DNA from: Octopus vulgaris
Taxonomy: Eukaryota
Direction: 5' to 3'
Assembly: GCA_951406725.2 (NCBI GenBank)
Contig: OX597814.1
Span: 133,486,001 to 133,550,000 of the forward strand
DNA: 64,000 bases
The position numbers were made by a program, and so were the translations under genes. Below, piece by piece: positions 10,386 through 26,093 of this stretch (the first letter of the stretch is position 1; every line of letters starts with the position of its first letter). The notes beneath the pieces were generated by a model that saw nothing but the letters and a program-made list of their open reading frames with translations, ran no database searches and had not been told where the DNA came from.

Positions 10386-13339
10386 TTTATGATAAAAGAT
10401 ACCGCTTCTGAAACCCATGGAAAAAACAAAGCGACCAAAATGTTTTTATGTCTGTTGGGTTTATATTTTAATGTTACTAATGCCTTTCTGCTCCTGTGAA
10501 CAATACAACGGAAACCCTGTGAAAAACTCAAACGTTCTAAGATTTACCCAAATTATCTACTTTTTAGACTCCCAATGCACATTTGCAGTCATACATTATA
10601 AATGCTCTAAAATTATTAAATATCAACAACCCACTCTTTTAATTTTAAAAAAACTTAAATTGTTTTGTGTTGTTTTCCTTCAGAAATATATGATCATTTA
10701 TTCACTGTGAAATACCTGGTGATACACTAATTAACCAAGAATAAAAATATTATATTATTTATCTTGGTATAAATACTATCTAAACGACTCAGTAAATATC
10801 TATTAAAATATTCACTCAAGAATTTTACATTAAATTCATTAAATAAGTATCCCTCATATCAAATCTTATGATCTTATAGACAATACTAGAAGCTCTTGGT
10901 TTCCTTTGGAAGAATCCGTTCCGTTGCAGGCATTCCGACAGGGTCTCTGCTCAGATGATAACTACAGTCAAATACATGCCGAAGTTTGTTCCTCTCTTTT
11001 CGTCACGCACCTCAGTGCGTACGGGTAAGACACGGATGTTTCTCTTAATTATGTAGTTAAACGATCACAAAATTTTACGTAAATAAATCGTTTAGAGCCA
11101 ATCCAAAGGATAATGCAGAATTGTTAATCATGGAATCAATTGCTATCCATCTATTATGAATATTAATAAATATACTGCAGGCCAAAATAAATGAATAAAT
11201 CAACTATCTTACACTGTGAGCTGTATTTTATAGTCAAAGAAACATGGGAATACAAAGGTAAAGTTGGAAAGCGTATCTGAATTTGATCTCAGACGATATT
11301 CCATAAAAAAGATAAATTATGCAATGCATTTAGTTCGACGCATCACTCTAATACATTGTTTCCTATAAATTGATAATTTTCATGATTAGCATGATGCAGA
11401 TGATGATAGTGATTTATCACATTGATGCAAGAACATAGCATTTTTTGATGGCTGTAGTTGATACAATGCAGCCTCGTATATGACTGAAACATTTATGATC
11501 GACCAAGTAAAGATAAAAGACAATGTTGGCCTTGGTGGTTATTAAAATTTTTGAAGTGAGTTCTATCGTCCACGTTAGAATACGTTTATTACTTACATAA
11601 TTATAATTATTATAGAGTTTATGCGGGAGGCTAAAATTAATGCAATATTTGTATGCTATTTTTTTTAAAGACTATGGTGGGAAATTATGTGAAAGAGAAT
11701 TAGATGTAATGAACCATTAACGATAAATAAGGACTGGATGGCGACGACGATGCTCATGATGGCTGAAACAATAATATGGAAAATGAAAGAGGAGAAGAAT
11801 ACGAAGAAAAAAGATGGAGCAATGGGAAGACAACGGTGAGTATATAGACAATTGCAAGGAGTGCGAAATAAATGTTATTCTAAAATAAACTAATTATAAT
11901 ATAGATATCGATATTGTTACTCATATATTGGCTTTTCCGACAATTCTTCTAAATGTTTTAGCATACAATACACGTTGGCTTACTTTTTCCGTGAGAGAGA
12001 CACTCTGCATCTGCTGATTAATGTATATTTCATGTTCTTTGTTCAGGTCAGCCTCTATCTACTGAATATGATTGGCTGTATCTCATCTTTACATTAACTG
12101 TGCATTCATGACTAGCACGCATTTCATTTGCTGAGTAACGACGCTTTCTTTCTCAAATCGACGTGACTGCCATTAAAGTAAAGAACCACAACTGATTTCA
12201 AGTGGTATGTATATTCAAGAGGTGTGCAAGTTTTATTGTGAAGCTAAATCCTTTCCAAATATCATACAAAAGACCAGATATATCAAAGCTATCAAGAAAT
12301 ATTTATTTCAACTTAGGGGTAAAGAATACGAGATTTCTAAGGAATATCTCCTTTCTAAGTAATATTGTTATGCTATTGTAATGATGACCTGTTTGTCATG
12401 GTGGTGGTGGTGGTGGTGATGATATAATTTTAAGTCAGCTCTGATTGAGAAAACTCATGGCACAGGTAGCTGATGTTATTTTCGTGGAATTTATTTCAAT
12501 CTGATACTCATATAAAGAATTTTATAGTATATGTAAAATATGTAAAATATTTTATAGTATATGTAAAATATTTTTGTATGCGGATTTTCAATGAATATGA
12601 AAGATTTAGTTCGTAAATGTTTCGCTTGACTCTTTGAAGTAACTGGAAGATATCCATGAAGCGGGTGAATTTAAAATATAAGCAATTCTGAATTAAAATG
12701 ATTAAAAACAACACGTTAAGTGGAATCTAAGAGCGCAAAGATAAATGGCAAGACCAATACAGAAGTAGTATGCACCCGAAGAAAAAAGTTAAATGGTACA
12801 TACTTATCAATATTATTAAACGTTTTAAGATATCTTACAGTAATGAAGCCATACTCTCACAAAGATTTTCGAACATGTTCTACTTTTTCCCTTTAATTTC
12901 AGACAGCATATACTTTTTTACCTAAACAAGCTAAGCACTTTTAGCAAAGCAAGCTAAGCAAGAACCAGCTCACTTCAATCCATTTGCCTACTCGTGCGGC
13001 ACTATGTCTGGAATTTTATGTAAGCAGCATTTGTAAAGCGTATACATCATGATTAAACACTCAATAGACCTAGAGTCATTTAACTGATATTCTCTCATGT
13101 TCATTTTACAGTTTATCTATTAGAGAGAAATTCTAAACGATTTGTCAAGCAAGTGATTTGCTATCTTGTCCCTCACTGTATGGCTCTCCCAGTTCCTACA
13201 TTTCCGGCTGTAACCGTTCTTTCTCCACATGATGTCAACCTTTGTAATTACTCATCCATCTACATTTTCTCACACAAGTTCTTAAATTCACGTAATCATG
13301 TTATAATGTACTTATATATGTATGCATCTATCGCAATAT

Positions 13340-13497
<158 letters not shown>

Positions 13498-16400
13498 CAT
13501 GGAAATATGCGTGCAAGAGAAATGATATTCTTAAGATTATAAAGCTGGAAAAGTTCAGGACAAGTTATTACATCTGGTAAAGTACAGAACACGTGTGATT
13601 TTTAATAGGGCATTTAATTGCGTTATCTTACGAATCATTCATTAACCAAGATGAATAATAGTTGCGTAATGCAAATTAAACAATCTAGAATTATTGACAA
13701 ATCATCAGAGATCTGCAACTTTTATGCCGAACATTACTGGGTTGAAAACATAACAGAAATCACCATCGTGGACTTGACTAGAGACTGAACTAGATTGGTG
13801 AGGGAGACCACGTTATATTGGTATCAGATGGAGGAAATTAGCATACACAAGGAAACGGAGAGGAAGACAGAAAATAAAATTTTACCTACTCGTGTTAAAG
13901 AAGTGAAATATCACCATGTGGCATAGCATTTCTTATCAATTTTCTCCTTTCATGCTGAGACAGCCATAACACGTGGAGCCACGTTATTCCATTTTTCCAG
14001 GAGACTATATTGGGTTCGTGAGTGATACCCAAGCTGGCGAATGAAAATACTCGCTACTTCGTAGCAAAGAACCTTGGTTTGAAAGCAAAGAAATTTGTCT
14101 AAAAAGGCCTTCTTTATTGCGCCTTCGAATGCTACAAAAGTTTGTCTAAAAACCAACACAAAAACATGTTCACATGTGCACATATATAAATTTGTGAGTG
14201 TGCGCGCGCGCGATGTGTATGCGTGCGTGTGTGTATGTGTGTCTGTGTGTGTTTGCGCGTGCGTGTTTGTGTATGCACATGTATGTGTGTGTTTCGTCTG
14301 GTTGTTTGAATTTCTCATCGATGATCTCAGATATTTGATTTATGCTAGATCAATGATCCAGGTGACACTTGACTTGGGATTAGGAAATCTAGGAAGGAAT
14401 TGTGTATAAACTTTGATTCCATGCATCAAAAAAGATCACAAATTTTTTAAGAGCAACACCGCTGTAACTGATAACCTGCATTTGATAGTAGATTTAATTC
14501 TATGCAAAAGTATGAAAATTTACCTCACAATGATCACATCACTAATTATGTCCTTTAATCTCGAGAGGTTTGAATATATTAAAATCATTAATTTCATGTT
14601 AAAGACAAATTCATTAGAATGTGAAATATCAGATATTTAAATGCATCTGTCCCTCTTTTTACATTGATCCAACACATGTCCTATGCAAAGAATGAATGTA
14701 TGTAAAACAAATATGTTTATCGAAATCAATTTATTCATATATAATACTGATTTTTAAAACAAAATACAAATATGTCACTCCACGTTATTATTCAAGCATT
14801 ATATATATATACCCTTAGACAGAGTGTCTGTTAATTATCATTTTGGCATAAAAGAAAACCCATTTGAATTTCGGAATATATTTGTCTCTCCTCATCAAAT
14901 GTCAAACACCATACTCAAGCCCATCAAATAATCAAATTGCGATCTTTCAAAGCAATAACAGTTACATTTCGATAGTAGGAAGCTAATCTTGTATTTTTTA
15001 TGTTTTTACTATCATTTCGATCTACTTAACAGTATAACTGCTGATATTAATACTTCTGGATATGTAAAAATTCTTATATTACTTTTAACAGTAACACCGA
15101 TTTATCGGCTCGTGCTTTTCAATTTATATTTGTGTATTTTTCAGCTATATCACATATGTGCTAGTTACTACAGCATTCGTTGCACTGTGTTTATACGTCT
15201 CTTTTCTATGTTCAATTACCACCGGTTATAACTTTGTCTTTCATGTTTATTGTGTCGATAGAGAAACCATAGGTCAAGTATTGGTATTGATCTAGCACCA
15301 AGCGTATTGCTTTGTACCCATGTCAGAAATCATTATTATTACTCAATTTACTGTTGAAAACGTGTTTTATGCCTTTTGCTGACATGTTTTTATGCCTTTT
15401 GCTGACAGGTTTTGCTGACAGGTTTTCTCTCATGCTTATGTAATTGTGCCTGTGTATTTATATTACATTAAAATGAAGGAGTGAGCTTACTTACAAGGAA
15501 CTTTTCTTAATCATTAACTTTTGTCATTATTGCAGAATTGTTTTTCAGCAGATATATTGATAAATATCTTTTCATGAATTTTATGCTCACAGCTACGATT
15601 GGATTTCAGCATGAGAGCCAGACAAGTGGAAATATATGGCCATAAATCAGCAGAGAGCAAAAGCTGCAGGTTTAAAATTATTATTAAATAATATAGAAAA
15701 TAATGAAACTCAGTAACTATATATCTGAGGCATTTCGTTTATAAAGACGATTGAAAATGCTTTAATATTCACATATATGAAAAATTTGAAGTGTTATGAT
15801 ACTAAAATATAAACTCTGAATAAGAATGTAGACCAACAAGCCGATTAAAGATCGAACCGATAGAAATATATTGTAGACATAAAAATGAATATATTTTTTT
15901 GGTGAAAATAATGATAAACAAAAATTATGTTTATATACATATCTGACAGAATAAAAATTAAAGAAAAACATATAAGAATTTGTTCAGTCTATAATTAAAG
16001 GTTCTTCATATTGTAATTAGAACTACAGCACACTAGAGGGTTGAAGCAGAAATTACTATGAAATACCTATCATACTATTATACTCATAAACGTAACAGGA
16101 TGAATATCATCTATTGACTGATGAAAACATTCTCACTATAAAGATGCCTTAATCATTTGACAGTAAAAGTCTTTACGCCACTGATCCAGCTAATGCATAC
16201 ACAGCTATTAGGCTTTCCCGACTAACCTCTCCCTCCTCCTAGTATTGTCCATATATATTCTCGCTCTCCACATGATGCGCTCCAAATATACCCTGGCCAC
16301 TCATTCTTCCTTCGTATATCAACCCCTGAAAAAAAAAGACTTATTTTCAATCGTATTTTTTCTGCTGACGTCGTCTTTTAAATGTTCAACACATAAAATC

Positions 16401-19400
16401 AACCGTGTGAATTTTGCAAATCAGTAGAGTTGCGAATAAAAGGGCTTACTACATTTACTTCCTTTTTACCTTATTTCCGACCGCAATCTATAAAATTAAT
16501 AACACCCAAATATTGTATTACATTCAGCCACATATATCCTCCTACATTATCTATAGTCGTGTTAGATAGCCATATATTATAACCAGGATGGCAGAATTTC
16601 TGTTCTAAGTTCAATAGCCACCTAAGTCCATTTTGTCTTGTAATCTTGCTAGGTCGATCATACAAGTTTCAGTCATATTCAAGATTGGCTTGTCTCAACT
16701 ACAGATGTGTGTTTAATGTAGAATTAAGTTTCCTGTATATCTTTACTTTGAGTATAAAGAGAGTGTGTATTCAAAAAATTTTAAATGTATAGACATTTCT
16801 ATTTCTTTGATAGACATTGAATTGCATTTTTGAATATGCTAACGTTGAACTACAGAACTTGGAGAGAACCATCCATGCCAATTTTAAATGGAATAATTAC
16901 TATAAAAGCAGAAAGGTATATATTGCACATATAGTTTACAATTTAGCTCAACAGCTGTTTTATTAGCAATAAACATCTATAACCACATAATTAAGATACA
17001 TAACTCAAATTCATTTAAATAGAATTGAGAATAATTACCCATGCCATCGGATCGGTTATGTTAGGTGCTACTAATATAAACCATTTCGAGATGGTAACGA
17101 AGTGTTATAAATAGAGCTCTTAATTATTGTGAATATATTGTCTGATATTTATACTTCGATCCTCTCAACAGAAATATAGTTCCCTCCCATATACTTACGA
17201 TGTTAACTGTCTTATTAACTGAGACCTTGATTATCGTATGATAATTTTCAGATATTTATTTACCAATGTTTACTGAAAATGTACTTCAGAGTCTTTCGCG
17301 ACATTTTTGCTCCCACTATCAGCGTATATGTTAAAATTAAGTGAAAAACCAGCGTAAATTATAAAATGTAATGATTATATATGCAGGAGAGAAATTAATG
17401 AGAAGAGATAGTGTACTTTAAGCTTATTTTGATACGCATAATATTATCCCATTTAGCAGAGCCGAATTGCACGGCAACTATGGAGGATTCTGGGATCATT
17501 CTATTAATTATCAGAAGTGGCTGAGTTCATAATTATCTGTACATTTCACGTAAATCTAAAATTCAAATTTATATTTGCATATTGGCAAATATACAAATAT
17601 ATTTATAGTTGTTTAACCTGCTTCAGCACATTGAAATGTCCAAAGCTGTATCCTCTCATGGCTTCAGAAGCTTCGTATATATTCGATTATCCAGCTAATG
17701 GAAGAGGTCTGCATCCCTTGTTCTTACTTAACAGTGAATGCCGCCTGACAGAGAGTCTACCTCTTCGCTTTTCAGCTGTTATTACGGTTCTTGGAGATAA
17801 AATAATTACCAGCCAATTATTGGTCACAATCTATCGCCAAATGTTTGATCTTGTGCCTGTGTTAGAAATCAAACATAAATATTAGCTAAGTTAATAAATG
17901 GATATGGAATATCTCAGCATGTGTTGAACCTACATGTAATTTATATTTTCTCTGCAATGTGTGGGATTTGTTCTGAGCTTGTTATTCATATCATATTGAA
18001 GATGAGAAAGGTTTAAGTAGAATCAAACATACTTTGTCTATTATTGATGATTTCTGTCATTATTGCAGATATAAGTTTCACTAATGATAAAGTCGTGACA
18101 ACTTTCCGCGAAATATATGTTAAGAGATATTCTTGGAAATCAGCATGAATGCCGAATAAAGAGAAATATACGGTCATGCCCCAGCAGGAAGCAAACAATG
18201 TTAATTCTAAATGAATTAGTGAATACACTGAAATTAATGAGAATTTCTAAATATAAAAGTATCTGAAATTATTATTGTAAATGCAATTGATAAATGCCTT
18301 GATATTTATATATGCAATACATTAAGACCATTACTAGCTTACTTTTTGAATAATGATTTCGGGTTCAAATTCAGTCATATTTTATATAGGATATTTAGTG
18401 GAGATGATGAATTTCAGTGTCTTTTACCTCAACTCCCAAATAATTGGATAAAGCGGAGTGAAAAGCCATTCTGACATTTGATTAAGAAGATGATCGTCAT
18501 GAGGATCCGGAGAGTAGCTTAATCTTTCGAGGTACCTATGCAAGGAGAAATGGATGAGAATAAACGGTCAGACTTACAAATTTCCCTGTATGATCGAATA
18601 GTCGACGTGTCCGGCAATTACAGAACATAGAGAAGGCAATCTCTTTTTTTTTGAGTAAGAATATGGGTAGTTGGGACCTGGTTGGTCATTATGCACTCAT
18701 AATCCTGCTAAAATTTTCAGAGAAGGAGGACAATTGGGTGTTGTTGTTTAGCTATTCAGAAAGTCATTGTACGAAATGAATGGACAGATATTAAATTGTC
18801 TTACGCGTCGTAAAATAGTGTCGACGGATTTTGTCTTCTGGTCTAATATCAGGCATTTGTTGCGATGATTTACCAATATACTTTTAAGGTCACCTTGTCG
18901 TATTCCTTTGGCAAATAGAACAGATATTCTAGCCTCCCATGTAGCTATGTTGTACGAAAAACATATAGGAATTGATAACGTTTGTGTATGTATGCAGCTG
19001 CATGCACAGGTGTTATATTTTCTATGAAACGTTTTACCAATATATTCCCTTTTTTCAACAGTCAGAATTCTACTACATATTTCTACTGTAGATTCGAAAG
19101 CTATTATTTATGCCTTGATCAAGAGTTGAATTTTATTATGTCTTTGAATTTATCTCGCGTTGTATGTAGTCTACGTAATCTGAGGGCTGTTCCTATTAGC
19201 GCTAGTTCCGTGCAGCGTTTACTCGTTAGTCGTTATGTTTTGGTTATGTACTTATCAGTAATTTTTTAATCATTCTCAAAGTACTTATTATTGTAAGAAT
19301 TGTTGCCGTTTTTCAATACCATCATTGGAGATAATTCTGTTTCCCAATCTCTGTAATTCTGTAAATTCCGCATAATTTTCAGAGTTGAAACCCCACCCCC

Positions 19401-21744
19401 GATATTTATTATCATTGTTATTAACAATAACACTAACAATAATCAATAATTCTCTTTTTTTATGATAAGCTCACCACACTTACTAATCACAAATTCCATC
19501 CCGATATCCTTATGAAATATCTACACTGTTGAAATCAAACCATTATTCAACGGTCTCTCTTACCGACGATCATGAAGTCCTACATATACAATAGATGATT
19601 CAACATTTCTCTACTTTCCGAAATATGTGTGGGAGTGGGTTCCTACAAATCACAAACAGGATTGACAATAGGCTATCTCCTTGAAATATGCCTTTCCTGA
19701 TGTTAAGCTTCGACAAACATTTTCCACATGATGTTAACTTTATATTCTTCGCTACAAATATATTTCTGTTCATCTATAAGATAAATACTTCAGTCAAGTA
19801 GGCGAATATATTCAACCTGTCAACTGCTTCGATACCTAAAACATTTCTAGACAGATTATAAACTTACATGCCATAATTAGTGTTGTGACTGGTTATATTG
19901 TTAAGTTATTAACTCCGGGAAATATGTTGAGATTGAAGCAAACCGACATATGCTTCAAATATAATTTGCACAAAAGTATCCAAGAATATTTTGAAGTTCA
20001 ATGTGTAACTTCATTCATTCGTTTTAATATTAATCACAATAGTGGAGGCTTGATCTGTAGTTAGAAATCATTCCCTTATGTAGAGGAAGAAAGAACTGAA
20101 TTAAAATAAAATCAAAACAATAGAAATATATATACTTTTATACATGTAATATAAATTCCATTCAATTGCATAATATTATATTTTATACATGGTTCGCTAT
20201 CACATATGCGTGCTACCAGCCATACATACGATAAAGTGAGTTCATGTACATGTGGCTATTTCTGTCCATGTATGTATTTATTTATGCTTATATCCGTGCG
20301 TGCGTGCGTGTGTCTGTGCGTGATTGTATGTACCTGAGTGTGCATGTGGACTCACTCCTCAATACCTTAAATGAATGTAAGATTTCGGTTCTTATCTCAA
20401 TAAGTAGAAAAATGTTATTGGAAAAACATACGTCACTCCTTGAAACAATGTATCAATATATCAATTCAATATTTTTATCTTAAAGAAACGTTTAATATTT
20501 ATGCTTGTATATGTTTTCCACCTGGAAAATATCTGTAGAGTTTACTTATTTTTCATATTATCATATGCAAAGAGGTAACCAAATATCAAAATATTCAGAT
20601 TATAGAGATAGCTTATCGAGTATTTTACTATATAAACACAATTTTTCATTCTTCGCCTTCTTTTTCTTTACCTGAGCCAAAGTCAGCTTTCAATCATTTT
20701 TGTTTACCGTTTTGAAATATGTTATGAGTTCTTTGCCTGTATTCTGCAATTTTATATTTACTTCCCATTCACGTTGCTTGTTTAGTCGTCAATCAGATAT
20801 CCTTAGACTGAAATATACTTCATCATTTCGTACGTGTCTTAATTCACATATTCTGTACGTTTGGAATGCTTTTCATCACCTGTATATTCCTTTTGGCATA
20901 TATCCGTTTATCATTAATATCGAAACTCATCTAAATCGATATCTTTATCTAAATACAGCAGCCATGCCAGTATCAAATCTATTAATACTTATTCCCCTCA
21001 GAGCTGTACTGCATATCCAATTCATAATTGATCCGGCAAATTGATATTAACATAATCTTTTCGGCAAATCATACAAATTTTGAACAGAAAAATGGATTAT
21101 TTCTAGGTTTTCAGCTGACCGTTTACAGAGTATACCTAAGATAATACTATCGATATGAATCATGATCACAAACATAGATAATTTGCAATTTGTAGATATT
21201 TTAAAATTTGACAACTATTAAACATATTCTGAGCAAATATTTGTATCTACAAGCTATATAATTTTCAAAAATGTAATTCACGTTATTTATTATATTTCGT
21301 AACAATCTGTATATATTTATCATATTTCATGACATCCGATTTCCTAATTCCTTTTAGAATAATAAAATTCCCGGGTTTGGCTGAAATCTACATTATTCAG
21401 TCTGCAGAAATATATCAGAAGTAATTTGAATGAAGGCTATGATTTAAAGTAATTCATTTTCTAATAAAGGAATTTAAATTTTTACTTCCGATTCATTCTA
21501 TTACATTAAAATATTAGGAAATCTTACCGAAAAAACATTATGAATTGACTCTTTAAATCCAAGGTTAAATACATATATGTGGCTTCATATCTATGCATTT
21601 TATCCGCATAGCCTAGCCCTATAATTGGATTAATGATTCAGATTAACCTATAGTTAAGTTATATATCTGTGCGGCTGGACAGAATTCGCTGAACAGAAGA
21701 CTACAAATAAATGCTTGCAACTTAGAGGAAAAGTATAGCAATGT

Positions 21745-22578
<834 letters not shown>

Positions 22579-22775
22579 TGTATGTATGTATGTATGTATG
22601 TATATATATTTTCTTTTACTTGTTTCAGGCATTTGACTATGGAATATGCTGCATCTCCGCCTTAGAAATCAACCCCAGAACTTATTCTTTTCTTAGCCTA
22701 GTACATATTCCATCGTTTTTTTTTATACATGTATATATATATGTACATATATATGTATATGTATGTATACGTATG

Positions 22776-22823
<48 letters not shown>

Positions 22824-23083
22824 TATATACATAGTAGAAAAAATTTGCTATAGGTATTAACTCTAATTTTGATTCAACATCTCTTTTTTCTCCATTTTTA
22901 TACTTGTTTATGATATATTTATATCTATAAAGAAATTTTTCAACTATTATTTTCATATTTTTATTACTTGCTCGCTCTTGCTGTTTCTTATGAATATGAT
23001 GAGTCTTTATTAGAAATCATTTTTTCTCTCATTTTGGATATCCCCAAAAAGTTTGAACTGTTCTTTTTGAACTTATTTTTTCT

Positions 23084-23130
<47 letters not shown>

Positions 23131-23134
<4 letters not shown>

Positions 23135-23215
23135 GGAATAGCTATATCTCTTTGACTGCTATTTCTAAATTCGGTGTGTGGTAAGGCAATTCGTTGCTAA
23201 ACCCTTAATTGCTTA

Positions 23216-23217
<2 letters not shown>
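23131..23217 (+). repeat. Fragment of the 557-nt hammerhead element family
   Basis: ctgctatttctaaattcggtgtgtggtaaggcaatt...cccttaatt matches 25153-25205 and the reverse of 61030-61092. Confidence 0.7.
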
Positions 23218-23253
<36 letters not shown>

Positions 23254-23254
23254 C

Positions 23255-23810
23255 AAGTAATAGTTGTAGCCACTTCAACATGGTTGTACTTTTGAACGGA
23301 TTTTTAAGCTCAAGAGGACTTCTTCTCTAGCTGGTTATCGATATAGAGCTGCATCTCATAAATTGCGAGCAGGAGAACGAAGCCTTACCACCTTCTAGCT
23401 TCGGGACTAGAATACCAATCCTGGTTTCGGGCTATATCTGCGACTCTTCTATACTGGACACCTCGTCTCCTTGAAATGACAGTAACTCCCATCTGATCGC
23501 AATATATATATTTCCAACGAACACACAGTCGCTGATTTTGCAGCAAGCAAAAATGGTAGTTCTAAAATCTCTCTAAGACATCAACGCAGTAGTTGTACTA
23601 ACTAGTAATATTCGTAGTCGCTTCAACATGGCTGACCGTTCGAACGGACTATACTGCGATTTTTTAACTACAAGAGAACATCTCATCTAGCTGGTTAACG
23701 ATGCAGAGCTACAAACAATACATTGCGAGCAGGGGAGCGGCCCCCTACAACCTTCTAGCAACATGAGCAGCAGACCAGTCCTTGTTTCGGGTTATTTCAG
23801 CTACTGTTCC
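23255..23810 (-). repeat. Diverged tandem pair (~360-nt period) of a second hammerhead-element family
   Basis: Two copies of cttcaacatgg...ctagctggtta...ttgcgagcagg...accttctagc...gtttcggg; homologous to 59070-59195 and to 62040-62160 in reverse. Confidence 0.75.
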
Positions 23811-23814
23811 TATA

Positions 23815-23892
<78 letters not shown>

Positions 23893-23893
<1 letters not shown>

Positions 23894-24043
23894 TGAAACG
23901 TAAAATTTACTTAATCTACCTTTCAATATGTGTGCGGGGGCGAATCCCAATGAAGGTGAATTAAGAAGATCTGGAGTTCTGCCCATGTACTGTAAACAAA
24001 GCTGGAAGATGTGAGGGAAGATCCATAATTTAAATTCATATAC
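23893..24043 (+). repeat. ~150-bp interspersed repeat; second copy at 34315-34463
   Basis: Near-identical tgaaacgtaaaatt...gggggcgaatcccaatgaaggtgaattaagaagatctggagttctgc...aatttaaattcatatac. Confidence 0.85.
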
Positions 24044-24044
24044 T

Positions 24045-24945
24045 GGTAGTCATCTTTCATCCTTCTTTCCACCCCTTAATCCCAAAGTCCTGTGGCGACA
24101 GGCACGCGACGAAGCGTCAGGCACGCGACGAAGCGACAGGTATGGATACACTGGAATTCGTAGCCGCAAACCTGAGCACGGGCGGCTCAGGCCACAGGGT
24201 CGCTATTCACTGACCTGGAGCAGCAGTGGATTTCAACAGCGGGCTGGGCGACTGAGCAGTCCTATTTAGGAACGCACTGCTCACCTCCATGGCGTGAGGA
24301 GCGGACTAGAATAGGTGTCCCAAACATTGCCTCCTCCACCTACCCTAGCCAGCCTACCGCGCCTGGAGGGGACCCTACAAACTGTGGTCGAAACAAAGAA
24401 TAAAGAAAAAGAGCGAGGAATACACCACTCATCCTCGCTGCTTGGAGCGTTCGTACGCTCCTTGACAGAAACGAGTCGGAGAGACCCCAGAGACGCACAG
24501 CACTCATAGAAAATGAACTCACCAGATATAACATAGACATTGCTGTTCTCAGCGAAACCAAGCTGCCGGGCGAAGGCTAACTACAGGAAAAAGGTGCTGG
24601 ATACACTTTCTTTTCGAGTGGATATGGACCTGAAGAGAGAAGAGAGACTGAGGTTGGCTTTGCAGTTAAGTCGACATTGGCTGGCAAGCTGGTTGGTCCC
24701 CTAAAAGGTATGAATGGTCGCCTAATGACGATGAGACTCCCCCTTTGTCGCGAACAGAAGTACACTACCATTGTCAGCGTCTATGCCCCCACCACGAAGA
24801 ATCCAAATGAGACCAAGGACAAGTTCTATGAAGTCTTGAGCTTTATCATCACCGCGGCTCCTCACGCAGACAATCATTCTAGGTGACTTAGTGTCTCCTG
24901 AGAAGGAGTAATTGGGAACACGGAGTTGAAAATTGCAACAGCACT
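24045..24945 (+). mobile_element. RTE-clade LINE 5' fragment (5' UTR + AP endonuclease), degraded and 3'-truncated
   Basis: Translates to AWSVRTLLDR..RPQRRTALI..EL.RYNIDIAVLSETK..GEG*L.E.GAGYTFF.SG...VGFAVK...RLMTMRLPL...TIVSVYAPT...KDKFYE...ILGD. Confidence 0.9.
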
Positions 24946-25331
24946 GAATTTAAAATTTGAAATACTGTACTGATGAAGGGAATAAGTGAGTAGAAATATA
25001 AGTTTACATCTTTTTACAACTCTTTAACCCCGAGACGCGTATACAGTTAATCAAATCCGAGTGGATTCGTTAATTTTTTCCCCTTTATCTGCGTGAGTTG
25101 TAGAGTATTGCTGTCCGGAAGATATCTTATGGTAGTAGAATAGCATTTTAACTGCTATTTCTAAATTTCGGTATGTGGTGAAGCAAATTTTCCTGAACCC
25201 TAATTATAATTATGCTCATAGTTATAGTATTTTTGTATAAGTTTACCGATAAATGTTCTTTTAACATACCGAGCTACTTGGTAAAATTATGAATTATTGA
25301 TTGATTAATTCATGTTACCCTTTATTGATTG
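24946..25331 (+). mobile_element. Diverged member of the 557-nt hammerhead element family
   Basis: Hammerhead followed by cgtgagttg, ctgctatttctaa, tacttggtaaaatt and ttgattaatt..taccc in the same order as the minus strand of 60941-61902. Confidence 0.75.
24964..25047 (+). ncRNA. Type I hammerhead motif with one core change (GAGA for GAAA)
   Basis: ACTGTA-CTGATGA-AGGG..~47 nt..CCCC-GAGA-CGCG-TA-TACAGT. Confidence 0.75.
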
Positions 25332-25997
25332 TATATATACATACATATATACATACATATATACATACATACATATATACATACATACATATATATATAT
25401 ATATGCATGTGTGTGCGTGTGCATGTGTGTGTGAATATCTTTGTTGTGTGTTTGTGTGCGTGTGCGTGTGTGTGTATGTGTGCATTTCTATCAAGTTACA
25501 TTGTCATTTGTGCTAAAATATTTTTCTTTATATCACAGGTCCTTGACATTGCTTTTCACAAAAAACATACATTGTGCTCAATTAAATTCAGATTTACAAA
25601 AATAGTAGACTGTATATTTAAGTATAATTAAATTTTACTTATTAATCTGTCGGGCTCAATTATATATATATCGATTATATTATCAGCATGCTATTTAAAA
25701 ATAGTATAAGTTCGAAGCACTCAAACCGATTTCCTGAAAAAAAAAATCTAGTGCTTGAAATGTTATAATTTCAGATTTACAGTGAAGATATGAAATGAAA
25801 TATCAATAAAGATCACATCTGGAGATTCTCCACACTAAACAAAACTTCACACACATTAATGCATATATATGTGCCTATATGTGTGTATGTATATGTGCGT
25901 TGAGGTAGGGCGTAAATATATGTATGCATATATGAATGAGTCTTTCTGTGTTTATATATCTATTTTAAAGTATAATTTTACAACACATAAATGCATG

Positions 25998-26071
<74 letters not shown>

Positions 26072-26093
26072 GGGGTCGTTGTTTATGTATGTG

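Noticed and set aside
15363-15425. Short local tandem duplications (also at 2090-2138, 8573-8623, 12520-12571)
   Set aside because: Ordinary slippage products with no further structure.
16190-16420. Faint LINE-like remnants (also at 18500-18900 and 53200-53750)
   Set aside because: Too degraded to assign a family or boundaries without a search.
24095-24140. Possible HDV-like ribozyme at the RTE 5' end, with a 19-nt tandem duplication
   Set aside because: I could not assemble the nested double pseudoknot from the sequence.
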